Source of the DNA: Moniliella sp. 'wahieum'
Lineage: Eukaryota
Direction: 5' to 3'
NCBI GenBank assembly: GCA_003971905.1
Contig: RSEE01000006.1
Location: 806,001-870,000 of the forward strand
Length of the DNA stretch: 64,000 nt
Position numbers and translations under genes: made by a program. The notes under the pieces are model-generated. The model was not told the origin of the DNA. It saw only the letters and a program-made list of their open reading frames with translations, and searched no databases. This document shows, one piece after another, positions 13,600-26,100 of this stretch. The number at the start of each line of letters is the position of its first letter. Within the stretch, counting starts at the first letter, position 1.

Positions 13600-15929
13600 A
13601 TGGCCCAGACCTACCAAGTCACCCAGCCTTTGCCCCCGCCAGGCCCGGCTGCCCCCTTGTGCCCACGGCTATCCCTCCCGGAACCAGGCCACACGCAAGC
13701 ACAGGCAACACTGCTCCTGACAACGTCCCTTCCTCTTTTCCCCTTCCCCTTCCCCAACCCCAACCTCAGCCTCAGCACCAACCCTCGTCTTCCGTCGCCC
13801 CGCCCTACAAGGCTGCCCGTCGTGGACGCCCCCCCAAGGCGACTTCTACTGCCCGTGGCACCAAGCGCAAAGCATCTTCTTCGGATAAGGAAGTGCGCAC
13901 CCGACAGACTCCCAGATCAGGTGGGAATGCACCAGGGATGTACTCACCTCTCGGCTCCGTGAGCATCACCGACGTCTTGAGTGCGCTCGCTGTGCCGCAG
14001 CTCTAACAGCGTCCATGCTGACAGCTCCCACTCGATCTCAAACCTGTCGGAGCCAGGCGCTTCACCGGAAGACAGTACGCTACGGAATAAGCCCGGACGG
14101 AAACCCCTCAACGATGTCCCCGCAACCAAACGCACCGCACAGAACCGAGCGTCGCAACGCGCCTTCCGCGAACGTCGTCAGGCTCACCTCGCAGACTTGG
14201 AAGGCAAGGTGAAGCGGTATGAAGCCGAACGGACCTCCATCGCATCTCAACTTGCTCTCTTGGCGCAGCGCGTACGGGAAGAAACCCCACGGATCCAGGC
14301 CCTGGAAGTGGCGCTTCAAGCGGGGACAATGAATTACCCAGTGGAGAGCTAGGTGCACAGATTTAACTCGAGCGCTTGATGCGTTGCAGGCTGTGGTCCG
14401 ACCCTCTCCGTCTCAACAACGTGGTGATCTTGTTCCTCAGCTCGACTCCATCCGTGCAACTCCTACTATCAGGGCTCGGAACGCTATGAACAGCAATGGA
14501 AACGAGGAGAACCTACCCAAGCCTTCTTCCACGAGGAGGGGCATGGCTCAAATTCCCCCCCGGTTGCCTCCTCTTTAGCCCCCCTTCCTCTCCTGCGTAA
14601 TGCAACCGCGACGCGCAGATGGAGATGGGAGCAATCAACATGCCTTCAACCCTGGACGGTATGGAGTAGGCAGCACCTCCCCCCTGGGAGATAGCTTCGT
14701 CTGCTCCCACACCGACGCTTCACTGCCAGAGAAACAGAAAAGGCATCCCCAAGCACTCGGCCTGAGGCAACGGATTCCAGGTACAAATGTGGCTTTTGTG
14801 CCGACGACAAAGACTTTTGCCTCTGCCCGGCTGATGTGCCTATGACCGATGCGCAAATAACCGAAGTGGAATTCCCTCCTGCATCTCCACAGTTACCTGC
14901 GCTGCATGAACCTCTCGACAATGAAGAGGATAGTGGTTGCGGCGTCTGTTCCAAGGGTGGTGACTGCGCTTGTCGCGGTGATGGGATCATTGACTTTGAT
15001 GCGGGGAACAACTCCTCTGATGGCTCCCCTACTACTAAAGCCCAGGAACTGTCCCCTTTATCCAGTATATCTGTGCTCGCTCCTGGAGCTTCCGTTCCCC
15101 TCCGCCGTTTGACGTCTCACAAAGGCAAGGAGAAGAAAACACTGTGGGATGTGAATCCAAGCCCCCTAACCGCACCTGTACCCTCCCGCCGTTCTTCATT
15201 TGCTCCACCCAGCTTGTCCTCTTCTGCACCCCTCCACCGTCTTTCTTCTAACCCTCGCGGAACAAAACTTTGGTCCACTACACCGAGTGCTCTGGTGACC
15301 CCAGCACGTGTGCGGCGTGTGGCACTGATCCTCAACTTGCAGCCTTTTGTGAAGCAGTGAATGAAGACGAGGCACCCGCATCTTCCACATCAGCGGAGGC
15401 AGACGGACCTCCGCCGCCAGTCGACTTTGCCCCTGCGGCATCGTCCGCGTCAGAGCAAGCAGAAATGCCAGTGACCGAGGCTTGGCGTCAACTTCGCTCT
15501 CACCCGCATTTCCAACAGTTTACCCACGATTCCGCCCATGGCGGACTCCACCTTCTGGCCGATGTCGTGGCGGGTCGACATAATAGTTATGCCTCACCTG
15601 CACCCCTCGCAACGGAACTGGGGCCTGAGCCTGACTCTGCTCCTGGACATCGTCGCTCTGCTTCCACTTCTGCCACAAGCACGGCCCCCACTAACCCCGT
15701 TGATTCTGCCCGTACTGCTTCTGGTCTAATCGCTCTGGCCACACTCACCCGCGCTTCCGCCGACGCAGGCGTTCCCTCTCGATCTCACTCACCTCATCTA
15801 CCCACACAACAGGACCAACACGCCCCCAAGCGACGCCGGCTCTACGTGGATAACGATGGCATCCGCAACGCGTTGGCACTCTTGGACCGGGGCGCCCTAG
15901 TGGACGTACGACCGGGGCGGAGGGAGTAA
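13600..15929 (+). CDS. hapX: HapX-like bZIP iron-sensing transcription factor with Cys-rich clusters
   Basis: KPGRKP..TKRTAQNRASQRAFRERRQAHLADLE bZIP. Cys clusters CGFCADDKDFCLC, CGVCSKGGDCAC and CSGDPSTCAAC..AFC. C-terminal EAWRQLRSHP..LLADVVA and VDNDGIRNALALLDR. Probable intron about 13921-14023. The start is approximate. Confidence 0.8.
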
Positions 15930-16070
15930 CGCGAGTTTGGGCGACCTCTTCAGCTTCCCACTTGTCCCTCTTCTTTTCTTCGGAATCGACTTGCTACATA
16001 GGATTCCCAGTGTGTGGTGGTGAGGATGATGTGGATGTCCATCATATACATCATAGGTACATGCACCTAC

Positions 16071-16559
16071 TTAATCTTCCGGCACCTCGTATTCGTTCTT
16101 GATCGCTTGCACGGTTGTTGCCCGTAGATGAGCAATCTGTAAAACGAGCGAAGTAACCACTGGTCAGAAGAGGCCGCTGGGTGGCGCACCCCAAACAAAA
16201 TGAGAGCCAGACCCCACCACCTACCCGGTTCAGCAAGTCGAGCGCCACATCGCGCACTTCGTTGTACTCATGCAACGCGGCAATGTGTGCCCGGACGAGC
16301 TCGTCAGCATCCTGGTCGCTATGCCATTCAACCCGAATCAGTCAGTGCTCCTTCTTTCGCTTACGCCGTCGGTAAGAGAAAGACGGTGCTCACCCCAACT
16401 GCGCCTCCAATTGCGCTACCTCTTCTGCCAGCTGCGCCAGCTCGCTGGGGTCCGACGAGCTACCGGACGGGGCAGGGTTGCGGGACGCAAGGCGGCTGCC
16501 GTCGGTGGTGGTGAGGGGGTGAAGCTGGGGACTTTGTTGGGACGCACGGGAGGGGACAT
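16071..16559 (-). CDS. SWI5: DNA repair/recombination protein Swi5/Sae3
   Basis: EEVAQLEAQLG | DADELVRAHIAALHEYNEVRDVALDLLNR | IAHLRATTVQAIKNEYEVPED-stop. Two introns. The HI..LHEYNE..D signature identifies the Swi5/Sae3 family, not the S. cerevisiae transcription factor of the same name. Confidence 0.85.
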
Positions 16560-18038
16560 GGCGGCAAGAGAACAAGTGGTGGGCAGAGAAAGAAGGCAGA
16601 GTGGGTACACCCCCACTGGACTGAATGCGTTCCGACTATATATACCACTGCTGCTGAAAGGGGGATGGAAAGCAGATTGGTAAAAGTGGCACTAGCATTC
16701 AGCACACATTGCAGGCAACATGTATAGAGGACTATACCATTCTGAATTCATATAGCATGTACACTAGTTGAAGCGAGAGACAAGCAAACACCCTGCGCCT
16801 GTCCCCTCGCTCCTCCCCGGCGTATGCTGCTTGTTGTTGCCCGTGCCAACCACCTGAAACCAGTGGAGTCGCCCGCAGGCCAGGACCATCTGGCTTCGCC
16901 ATTCGCACGCTGAATGTCGCGCGTGTGGATACTAATGAGCATATATATGTGTGTGGTAAACTTGGGGGCGATGAACTATTCCCACTCAATGAGACTCTTC
17001 AGCAAGTTCCTTCCAGTGCTCAGACCTTTATTTTTGTTGCGACACCAAGGTGTCGTCCGTCGCTGTTGCTGATCTGTTCCAAACGCTCCAAACCCCATCA
17101 ATCGGTAGTCCATACATCCTGCTTTCCTCACCACTTCTCCTCTTCTTCCTCCCCAGTCGGCGGCTCATTGAGAACATGGGTGTCCGGAAGGGAGCTCAGA
17201 GGTTCTGCAAATGCAAAAGCATACAGCGTTCCTGCGAAGGCCACGTGACGCGTGACATACAGACAGGACATTCAATATGCATTGCTTACCCCGCTCAGTT
17301 ATTGCCGAAACAGAGCGCATCATGCATCATGGATACACAGAGCCAGCGGCCAGTGACGTCACGTCGATTGACACAGCCCCCATCCGACGGGCACTGTTTT
17401 CCATGCGGCGCTGTTGAGACTCAGCTCCAGATGCGAGAATCCCAGCCAACGCCCAGGGTCAGCCAAATGTTCAGCCGGAGCGCGCGCAACCTCCCTCGAC
17501 AAGCTCTCGACGTTTCCATCAACGCTTCTGAGCTGAGCCGCTCAATCTGAGCAGCCCCCAGACCATCTCATCCGTGTCATCATAGAAGTTGGGGAGACCG
17601 ACTGAGGGGGGCCACATAGAGCGATACGATGATACGATGGGGCGGGGACTGTGGAAGAGACGAGGCAGTGGCCACTATACACAGCTGAGCCTGAGCGGCC
17701 TGAGCGCTCAGGCTGAGCATTCACAGTGGACGTTACTTATCGGCTGAGCGGCTGAGCCTCCGTTGTGCCAGAAGCTGGGAGTGACTACAGTGACTTGCCT
17801 CGTCACCGACGCAATCACGCCTGTGGCCGCGCTTATAGCACACCTACGATTGGGCCTTCGAACTATACGAAGCCAAATACCCATCTCGTTTTTCCTTTTC
17901 TTTCCACCACCATCTCTTGACGCTTGGAACGTGAATCTTTTGAAGCGTGAAGCGCGGGCAGTGGGACGACAAACTGCTGCTTCATCCCCTCAGCGCACTC
18001 CACACCTCCTTGGCTTCGTCGCCATTATATCGACACAC

Positions 18039-19961
18039 ATGCCAGGAGGCCTTCTCCGCGGTCTGGCCGACCGGCTTCATCCACATCGGGACACGTCATC
18101 GACCGGCCCCGACTCAGCCTCGACTACCCCCCACCCAGACTTCGATTCTGGTCCAGCCGCAAGCGTCATCTCTACTGCTTCTGTGCCTGCTCCTACACCC
18201 GCTACAACCCATTTGAACAAGGCAAGTGTAAGTTGTTCGGGTACAGACACTCTCGCGTCCACCCCCCACCCTCAGCCTCACTCTCATACCCAACCCCACT
18301 CTCACACCCATGCCCATGTGAATTCAACCTCGAGCCCCTCCCACCTGTCATCGTCCATGGTTCCCAGTTCCAAAGCAGGCCGGCGAAGTGGCTCCTTTGG
18401 TTCAATTCAACACCCCCCTCTCCCGACAACCGACGAGACGTGTCTCTCTCTGCGCTCGTTGGCCATGTGGGGGACCACTTATCGCGAACGTTCGGCAACG
18501 GGAGCAATGACAGCCACAAGGACTCGGCGCGCAAACGACATGCCCGCCCCCGCCCTAGTACCGCCCCAGCTACTAGCTCCGCTTCGGCGGGAGGGCACGA
18601 GCAAGAAATCACCCCCTCTCTTCGGGCACCCGTCCTTCATCCTCTGGGGCAAGTGAACATCCCGCGGATACCCACACGAGGTCGATAGCCAAGCCTGCTC
18701 CCTCCGTCGCCCCACACGGCAGTGATGCTAGTGCCGAAGCGCCGGATGCGTGCCCCCCCCACCCCTCGGCTCAGGGGGGTCAGTCTACGCTCCGCGCATG
18801 GCCCGAGGAGGACGAACCATTGCATGCAGCAACCGCTGCATTATCAAAGGAAGCTAAACCTAGTGTTCCCACGACCACCGCTGCACATAATGACGCTGTT
18901 GTCATTCCTACTCCTCTTTCTCCTGCTCCTGCCCTTGGCAAGGAGTCCGCTCTTGATGCTGCAATGGGTAAGCCTGATACCCCCCTCTTCCTGTCCCAGC
19001 ACAATCGGGGACGCAAATAGGTATCTTCTCCTCTCGACGAACAAGTTCCTGGTGCGCACCCTCCTGCTCCATCCCAGGAGCCAACCTCGGCGGCGCAACC
19101 CCCCGACCCAGCCAACGGCAACAACGCTGTGGCTACCTTCCGCTCAGGCAGCCTAAAGGAGTACGACCTGTTTACGCTCGGCCCCAACGAGTGGCTCTCG
19201 GACAATGTGCTAGCATTTTGGTTTGAGCTAATCGAGGCCCAGATCCAAGACCAAGGCACCGGCTGGGCTCTCTCTGGCCCCCCAGTGTAGTAGAGCTCAT
19301 GTCGGCATTACCCGAAGGTACGTGGCCTTGCTTACCGTGACTCGAGCGCTAGCCGACAGTCTTTGCTGACGTTTTGTGGGGCTCGCATCCTGGTTTGGCT
19401 GGGACAGACACGCCGTCAGATCAAGCTCGTGTTCTTTTCCCGCCCGTCAAACCCGTTGTTCTGCTCCCTGTCAACGATGGTTATTCCTCCGAACGCGAGC
19501 GCACACCCGAGGACGAGGGGGGCTCGCACTGGTCGCTGATTGTCATCACGGGCGCGGATACGGGAAAGAAAGCCAAAGCACGGCACTATGATTCCATGCA
19601 GCCCACCAACCGGGGCAGTGCGGCGCGGTGTGGAAGAGGTGGTGCGCGTGCTTTGTCCGGATGAGAAGGATGCGCCAAAGGCGTTGGAAGAAGCGGACGA
19701 GCTGGAGCCGCAGGAAAACGACTTCGACTGCGGGCTGTATGTGCTGGCATTGGCGGGCCTGTTGTTGCTCGATCGCTCGCCCATCCCGGTCGCGGCCAAG
19801 ATGGCGGCGAGCAGGTGCGTGCGGGCGAAGTGGAAAACTACCGAACAAGCATCACCAACTGGCTTGCCAAGTGGCAGCACTTTTTCCGAGGAGCAGGCGC
19901 AATGGAAGATGTGGAGGATGTGGTGCAACATGTGGGGCCAATGCCGCTGCTGCACATATGA
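18039..19961 (+). CDS. NEDD8-specific C48 protease (NEDP1/SENP8/DenA-like) with long low-complexity N-terminus
   Basis: LGPNEWLSDNVLAFWFE, LLPVND...GGSHWSL, HYDS, QENDFDCGLYV (His/Asp/Gln/Cys catalytic set). Intron about 19318-19408. Confidence 0.85.
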
Positions 19962-20471
19962 AAAGCACCCCCCCCTTGCCCTGCCCTGCGCCTCGTCCCC
20001 TCTTCGTGATGGCACTTCCCCCCTCATTCTGCTCTTGCCCCCCTTTGGCCTGCACCGAACCCAACACATACTCTCTTTAGGACCCGAGCGACTGGTTGCC
20101 TCTTCGTCGATGATGGATGGAATTGACGGTTTGTATGGTCGTCCTGAGCGTGTCGGAGCTTGCTGCCATCTGCCGGGTCATTAAGGTCATTAAGTAGTTC
20201 CAGGGTATCATATGTCAGCGCCATGTCAGCGGGCGTTTATTCTGTGGGGGTCTCGTTGAACGTTCAATATTCGATGAACAGGAGCAGGCAGACCTACCGC
20301 AGACAGCTTTTGAAACGTTCAGACCTTCAGGTCGCCCAGCCGCCACCTGCGATCGCGACAGCGCTCGAAAAGCTGGGATTGGCCGGCCATCGCATCGGAC
20401 GCCCCCGCGGCCCCCATTCGCTTGGCTACCCTCCCCCGAACCACCTGCCGGGAGAGAGTGGACGTTGGACG

Positions 20472-21928
20472 ATGGCTGTGCAAGCGCCTGTGCGTGTTGC
20501 CGGGATCGGAGCCGAGAGCATCAGCGATTTTCTCGACCGGCAATCGCATGCTGTGCTCAACGACTATACGACGTCCCGCGTCGTGCCTGGCCATCTTCCG
20601 GCTCTTGCCCACGCTGGCGCGGCAGCTGGTCATGCAGCTGCTCTTCACGAGCGGTCGGGCATCGGAAGAACGTGGCGTGCACGTCTGACGGAAGAAGGCG
20701 CGCAACGGGAGCCGCAGGCACGCAAGCGCCTTGAGGCGCTTCACTTGCTCCGCTCCCAGCGCGGCGAGATGCTGCTGAACCAGCCTTCCAGCAGGGACTG
20801 AAGCAGGCATTGGTGGGTGGTGGCTCCCATCGCTCGTTTGGTGTGCTGGCGCCTACGCCGGCGCGGCATCCCGCCGACGTTGCGTTCCTGGACCAGTATG
20901 CGCAAAGCCGATGGGAGGACATTCTGCACTTTCTCGTCGGCAGTCAGGAACACACCCGGCCGCGACAAGATGTACTGGTGCTTCTGGAGATGAGTGGTTT
21001 GATGGCCAAGTCGGATGGGAGCCGGGGCGGACTGCACATTACCGCCCGAGGGTTTCAGTTTTTGCTGGAGGATGTGCACACCCAACTGTGGATGTGCTGT
21101 TGCAGTACCTCAGTTTGGCCGATGGACGAAGGATGGACGTGGTGGACGTCATGTCATTTCTCTCCTGCTGGGATCTCTTGAATTGGGTGCCGACTATGCA
21201 ACGGGCGACCTGAGTCCCACCCAAAAAGTGATGCTGAGCGATTTTGCGGACTACGGACTGGTGTATCAACATCCGGACGAACGCGATCGCTTCTGGCCTA
21301 CCCGCCTCGCCACCTCCTCACCTCGCACAATGCCAACCCCATTTCGGCGATTCATGGCCAAGAGCGGGAGGAGCGAGGATACATTATCTCGAAACCAATT
21401 ATCGTCTTTATGCCTATACAAGTACGCTTCCCCCCTCTTATTCCCCGCTGTTCTCATTTCGCCTCCTTCCCCCCGGCTGATTGACTGACTTGGTGTGATG
21501 TCAGGTAACCCATTGCGCATTGCGGTGCTCACTGTTCATCTCTCTCAAATCGCGCTTTCCCAACCTGGTCATGGGTGCGATCACGAGGGACAGTGTTAAA
21601 AGTGCCTTGCGTAACGGCATCACCGCTGAGCAGATCATTGCCTACCTATCGCATCATGCCCATCCGCAGATGTGGACTCACGATCCGCTTGCCGGTCACG
21701 GTGACGGATCAGATCCGGTTATGGGAGCGGGAAAAGAACCGAATCGGCAGAGGAAGGTCGGTTGTACGACGATTTTGCCAGCTTTGCCGATTATGAGTTG
21801 GTACGTGACCATGCGGAGCAGCAAGGCGTCCTGGTCTACCATAACGACGAACAGCGCCTCCTCTTTGTCACGGCCGCGGGCCACGAGGTGATGCGGGACT
21901 ATATCTCCGACGGAGCGTATACACATAA
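20472..21928 (+). CDS. TFB2: TFIIH core subunit Tfb2/p52
   Basis: [89 protein letters not shown]. Intron about 21422-21504. Confidence 0.95.
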
Positions 21929-23136
21929 TGAAAAAGGATTTCGCCCGGGCGCCATGCATGCCCAGGCAGAACAACTGTGTCTTCGACGATTGTCGCGGGC
22001 GCTCCCTCAGTCCATAGCGGAGCATGGGAACGTACCTCTCTCAGTGGAGGGTTAGTGGGGATGTCAGAATTCTTACCTAGACCTGGATTCTGTCCCATTG
22101 AGTTGCAAGGGCTCAGGGAGGGAAGTTGCTAGTTTTTCTTAAGGAGATGTATATATAGGGAACGCGGGGAATGCCATTCCAGCGGGCCTTTGGCGCCAGG
22201 CATGGGGGACGTCGATGTGAGTGCCAGAGAACATTCTTGCAGGGAGGCAATGCGTCCCCCTGCACCGCCCTTTGTGGACTTGACGATAACAACATCGGCT
22301 TAATACTGCATGTCGCAAACTCAACATGTCCAGAGCGAGTGGGCCACATGGCGCTTCCCTTCCAAGGCAGGTTGCCCTCCGATCCAGCGATGGCGCTCGT
22401 TCTTATCAGCGGACCAAAGTTGCGGTGGTTTGGGATAAAGCTACGGACCAAATCAAAATGTTGCGCGCATTTTGAGCACGCTCTTCGGACGCTGGACGTG
22501 GGGTTGAACCGGTACTAAGACCATATTTTCCAGCCCGTGTGAAGCTTGAAGATGCTCGTAAATGCGGAGCGCAATGCGTTTGGGGGGAGTGTATGCAGTG
22601 ACCCTAGTGACCCCATACTAACAAGGGCAATAGTCTTCTGCAAAGCTAGTAAGTAGCGCAGACGAACTAATACCGACATGGAACGGGTACTCTTCCGTGC
22701 TAGGCGGGGGCACAGTCGAAGAGACCATCCGCAATCTGAAGAAGGCGCGCGATTCGCTCGAGACGCGGCTGGGTCCTGGCTGCGCGCAGGAGTGGGGACG
22801 CTGGACGCAGCAGCGAGCAGCCGAGGCAGGCAGGAGTGGGGACAGGCGGTGCGAAATAGGTTGGGGTTAATCGATCGTTAATCGCGCCGCGTTGGGTCGC
22901 ACAGTCGCCCCCACCTGGCCGACGCGGCCGGAAGAGAGCAGCGGGAAAAAAGGGGAGGCAGGCACGAGCTGCGGCACGGGGGCAGTGCACGCACTCTGCG
23001 CCTCCCGCCAGCCCAGACAGGCAACCAATCGACCGCGTCTGCGTCGACACGCCGCACGCCGCCTCCTCTGCCTCCTCTGCCTCCCTGTCCGGCTGCGGCG
23101 CCTCCTCTCCCACCGCCTCCACCACCCCTCGTCTCC

Positions 23137-26100
23137 ATGGCCGGCCGGCGCCGCCCAGATGCGCCCCGCCAGCAGCACCCGGTATCCCCGCGGCCGCCGC
23201 CATCGCCAACCGCGTGCCACAGCCACAACCACTACCACTACCACTGCCCCAGGTGCTAGTGCTGCTGCTGCTGATCCTGGCACTGTAGTCCTGCCTCCAC
23301 TCATGGCGCTCGAGCGTGCCACATCGGTGGGAAGTGTCAGCTCCGTCACCAGCCCTCCTCCTCGAGGCCACCCCGTTCCGCCTCGCCCCGCTCGGGAACG
23401 TCCGCGCTGCGTATGCTGCTGTTCGTTCTCGCTCCGCCGCGCCAAACGCTATTCGCCACTCGGCTTCATTCGCATCTTCCTCCTCCTCTCCGACTGCCAC
23501 TCCTTTGGACCTCAGTCGATGGACTTCAATCAGGTCCAAGACCCGCATCCTCCGTATCGGGCACGAGCGTCGCGTCCAAACGACTCGAACGTTCTCCTGC
23601 CCGCCCCATCCCTGGAGCGGACCAACATCTGGAGCGACGCCCCAACACGAGTCCCCTATGTATGGCGCATCTGTTGGATCGTTATCATCGGTTGGAACCG
23701 CCCGCCCCTTCCCTGCGATGCCTACCCGCCCTCTGGTGGTCCCGACGCGTCCGCCTACGCCAATCGGTTACCAAAGAAGACGTCCAACGACTGGCAGTTC
23801 CGTAATGCACCTGGCTTAGGAGGGCGATCCTCCATTGCAGCAATGTATCGCCGCAGCCGTGAGATGAGCTTGGGCCGTTTATCGGACCGCGACCTTGCGC
23901 TCGCCAGGACAAGCCCTGGGCCCAGCCCCGATGGAGGTGTTCGTCCCGTTGCCATTCGGGGCGGTGGTGATACGGGGCATCTGAGTCCCCGCATGGGAGG
24001 TCTTCTTTCTTCCTCCCCTGCCGCGGCCTCGGCTGCTGATACCCATCCTGGAGGGGCCCACCCTTCATTTAGCCATGGTGGGTGGAGCCAACGCGTTTCG
24101 TCCCAAGCGTTGGCCACCCCTGGCACGAACGTCAAGCCCTATCGCATCGGATGTTGGAAGTACCCCAACGCCTCACACAGCGTTGTTGCTTCCTCCCTCT
24201 ACCCAGTCCCCCATACCCTCAGATGCCTACCCATTCCCCATACCCGCTTCTTCTTACGCTTCAGACCCGCTTAACGACCCGTCACCCGACCAAGCCATTC
24301 CGCAGGCGACAGGGACCGACTCATATGCTGCCCAGGCCGAGTATTGGCGTCAACGAATGACTCCCGCCGAGTTTGTTAAGTGGTTGGCTCTCAACCCGCC
24401 GTCGGTCACTGTGCCTAATAAAGGACATACCAGTCCGCTTGGTCAACCTCTTTCGGACGTAAGAGAAGACACCCCCCACCACCCACTCTCCCCTCCCTTT
24501 GCCTCCATGGTCATGGGGAGAAAACGAGGCCACCGCACTTCGCATGCTTCTAGCCAAACTGTTTTGCCCCCCCAGCTCGACATACCCCCCATCTTCCCGA
24601 GCGAGGAGGATCGGGAAGAAGATTCGGGCAGGAACCTCCACATCCAGAGGGAACGGGAGAGTCTCGCCGCCGAAACTTCGTCAACGCCAACGGCGTTCCG
24701 CAAGAATCGAATGGTGAAGTCCTGACAGCTGATGACTTCAGCGGCCTGGGGTTGCGATTCTTACTGCCGCGGAGGAAGGTCAGGCTGGACTGGCCCGCTC
24801 AGCTGCTGCACCTCCCATTCGGCCACTCCGCCCCATATGAGAGATGGGACGGAAGCCGAGGTTGCTTCTTGGCTGCTGCTGCGGCAGCGGATCGTGTGCG
24901 ACTTGATCTTTCCACGGCGGAGCACACCCGTCCTGACCTTTCTCGCTTCGCCACGGACGAGTCGACCGCTACAATAGTGATAAACAGCCTCTGGACAGAT
25001 AGAATCCACCACACCCGGGTTGGACTCACTTCTACCGGGACCTGGTTCGGATGCGCTTGCCTCTACACCCATTCCGCACTTGGTTGGCCCTCTTGCTTGG
25101 GCCGGGAAGCTCAAGGACAGGAAGAAGTGCGGACCCCAAACACTGCAGTGCCCAGCCTTCCGCCTCCTGCCATCCCTGCTATTCCTTTCCCTACCCAACA
25201 ACGTCAGCCGCCTCCTTTATCTCGTCTCCATTGGCGTCCTTCCCAACAACTACAGCGGAACCCCAGCTCATCCCAATTCCTCCTCCCTCGACCAATACCG
25301 CATTACCCCCCTCTCTCCCGCAACGCCTACAGTCACCGCCTCCACCGCCGCCTCCATCTCTGCCTCCGCCTTCGCCCCTTCCCCCATTCCTGCTCCCGCT
25401 CTCACTCCCTCGCCTGCTCCAGCACCATCGCCACCTCCCGCCGCTGTGGCTTCACAGCGACGAACGCCGCGCGCGGACCGAGTGATTTTTCGTTCGGCGA
25501 TCTTCTGGGCGAGGGCTCGTATTCGTCTGTGCTGATGGCGTGGGATGAACTATCGGGATCAGGGATGGCATCCTCATCCGGCGAGATCGGCGCAGATGCA
25601 GACGTACCTCCCTCTATGGGAGACACGAATCCGAACAGGAGAGTGTCAGCGGCGGAAGCCATTGCTGGGGTCCATGCTGCATCGTTAGTGGCCAAGCGTG
25701 CTCAAGCGGAAGGCAAAACTGCGTATGCAGTCAAGGTCGTACAAGTCGCATATTATTCGCGAGAAGAAGAGCCGGTATGTGGGCATCGAGAAGGAGGCGT
25801 TGTGGCGATTGTTCGTCTCAAGGGGGTGTCAGTCTCTATTGGACGTTCCAAGATCGGGAGAGTCTATGTACGTGAATCTCCGCATTTGGGCCTCAGTCCG
25901 GTTTTGACTATTTCTCTCCTTCTACAGACTTTGTTCTCGAGCTCGCGCCTAATGGCGACCTGCAAGGTCAAGTGCGCAAGCTGGGTTCCATTTCCCTTGA
26001 CTTGACCCGCTATTGGGCCGCTCAGATCGCCCAGACGCTTGCGGCGATTCACAAGCTAGGAGTCGTGCATCGCGACATGAAACCTGAGAACATCCTCCTT

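Noticed and set aside
22495..22540. tRNA-like GGTTCAACCCC on the minus strand
   Set aside because: No T-stem, acceptor stem or cloverleaf can be formed.
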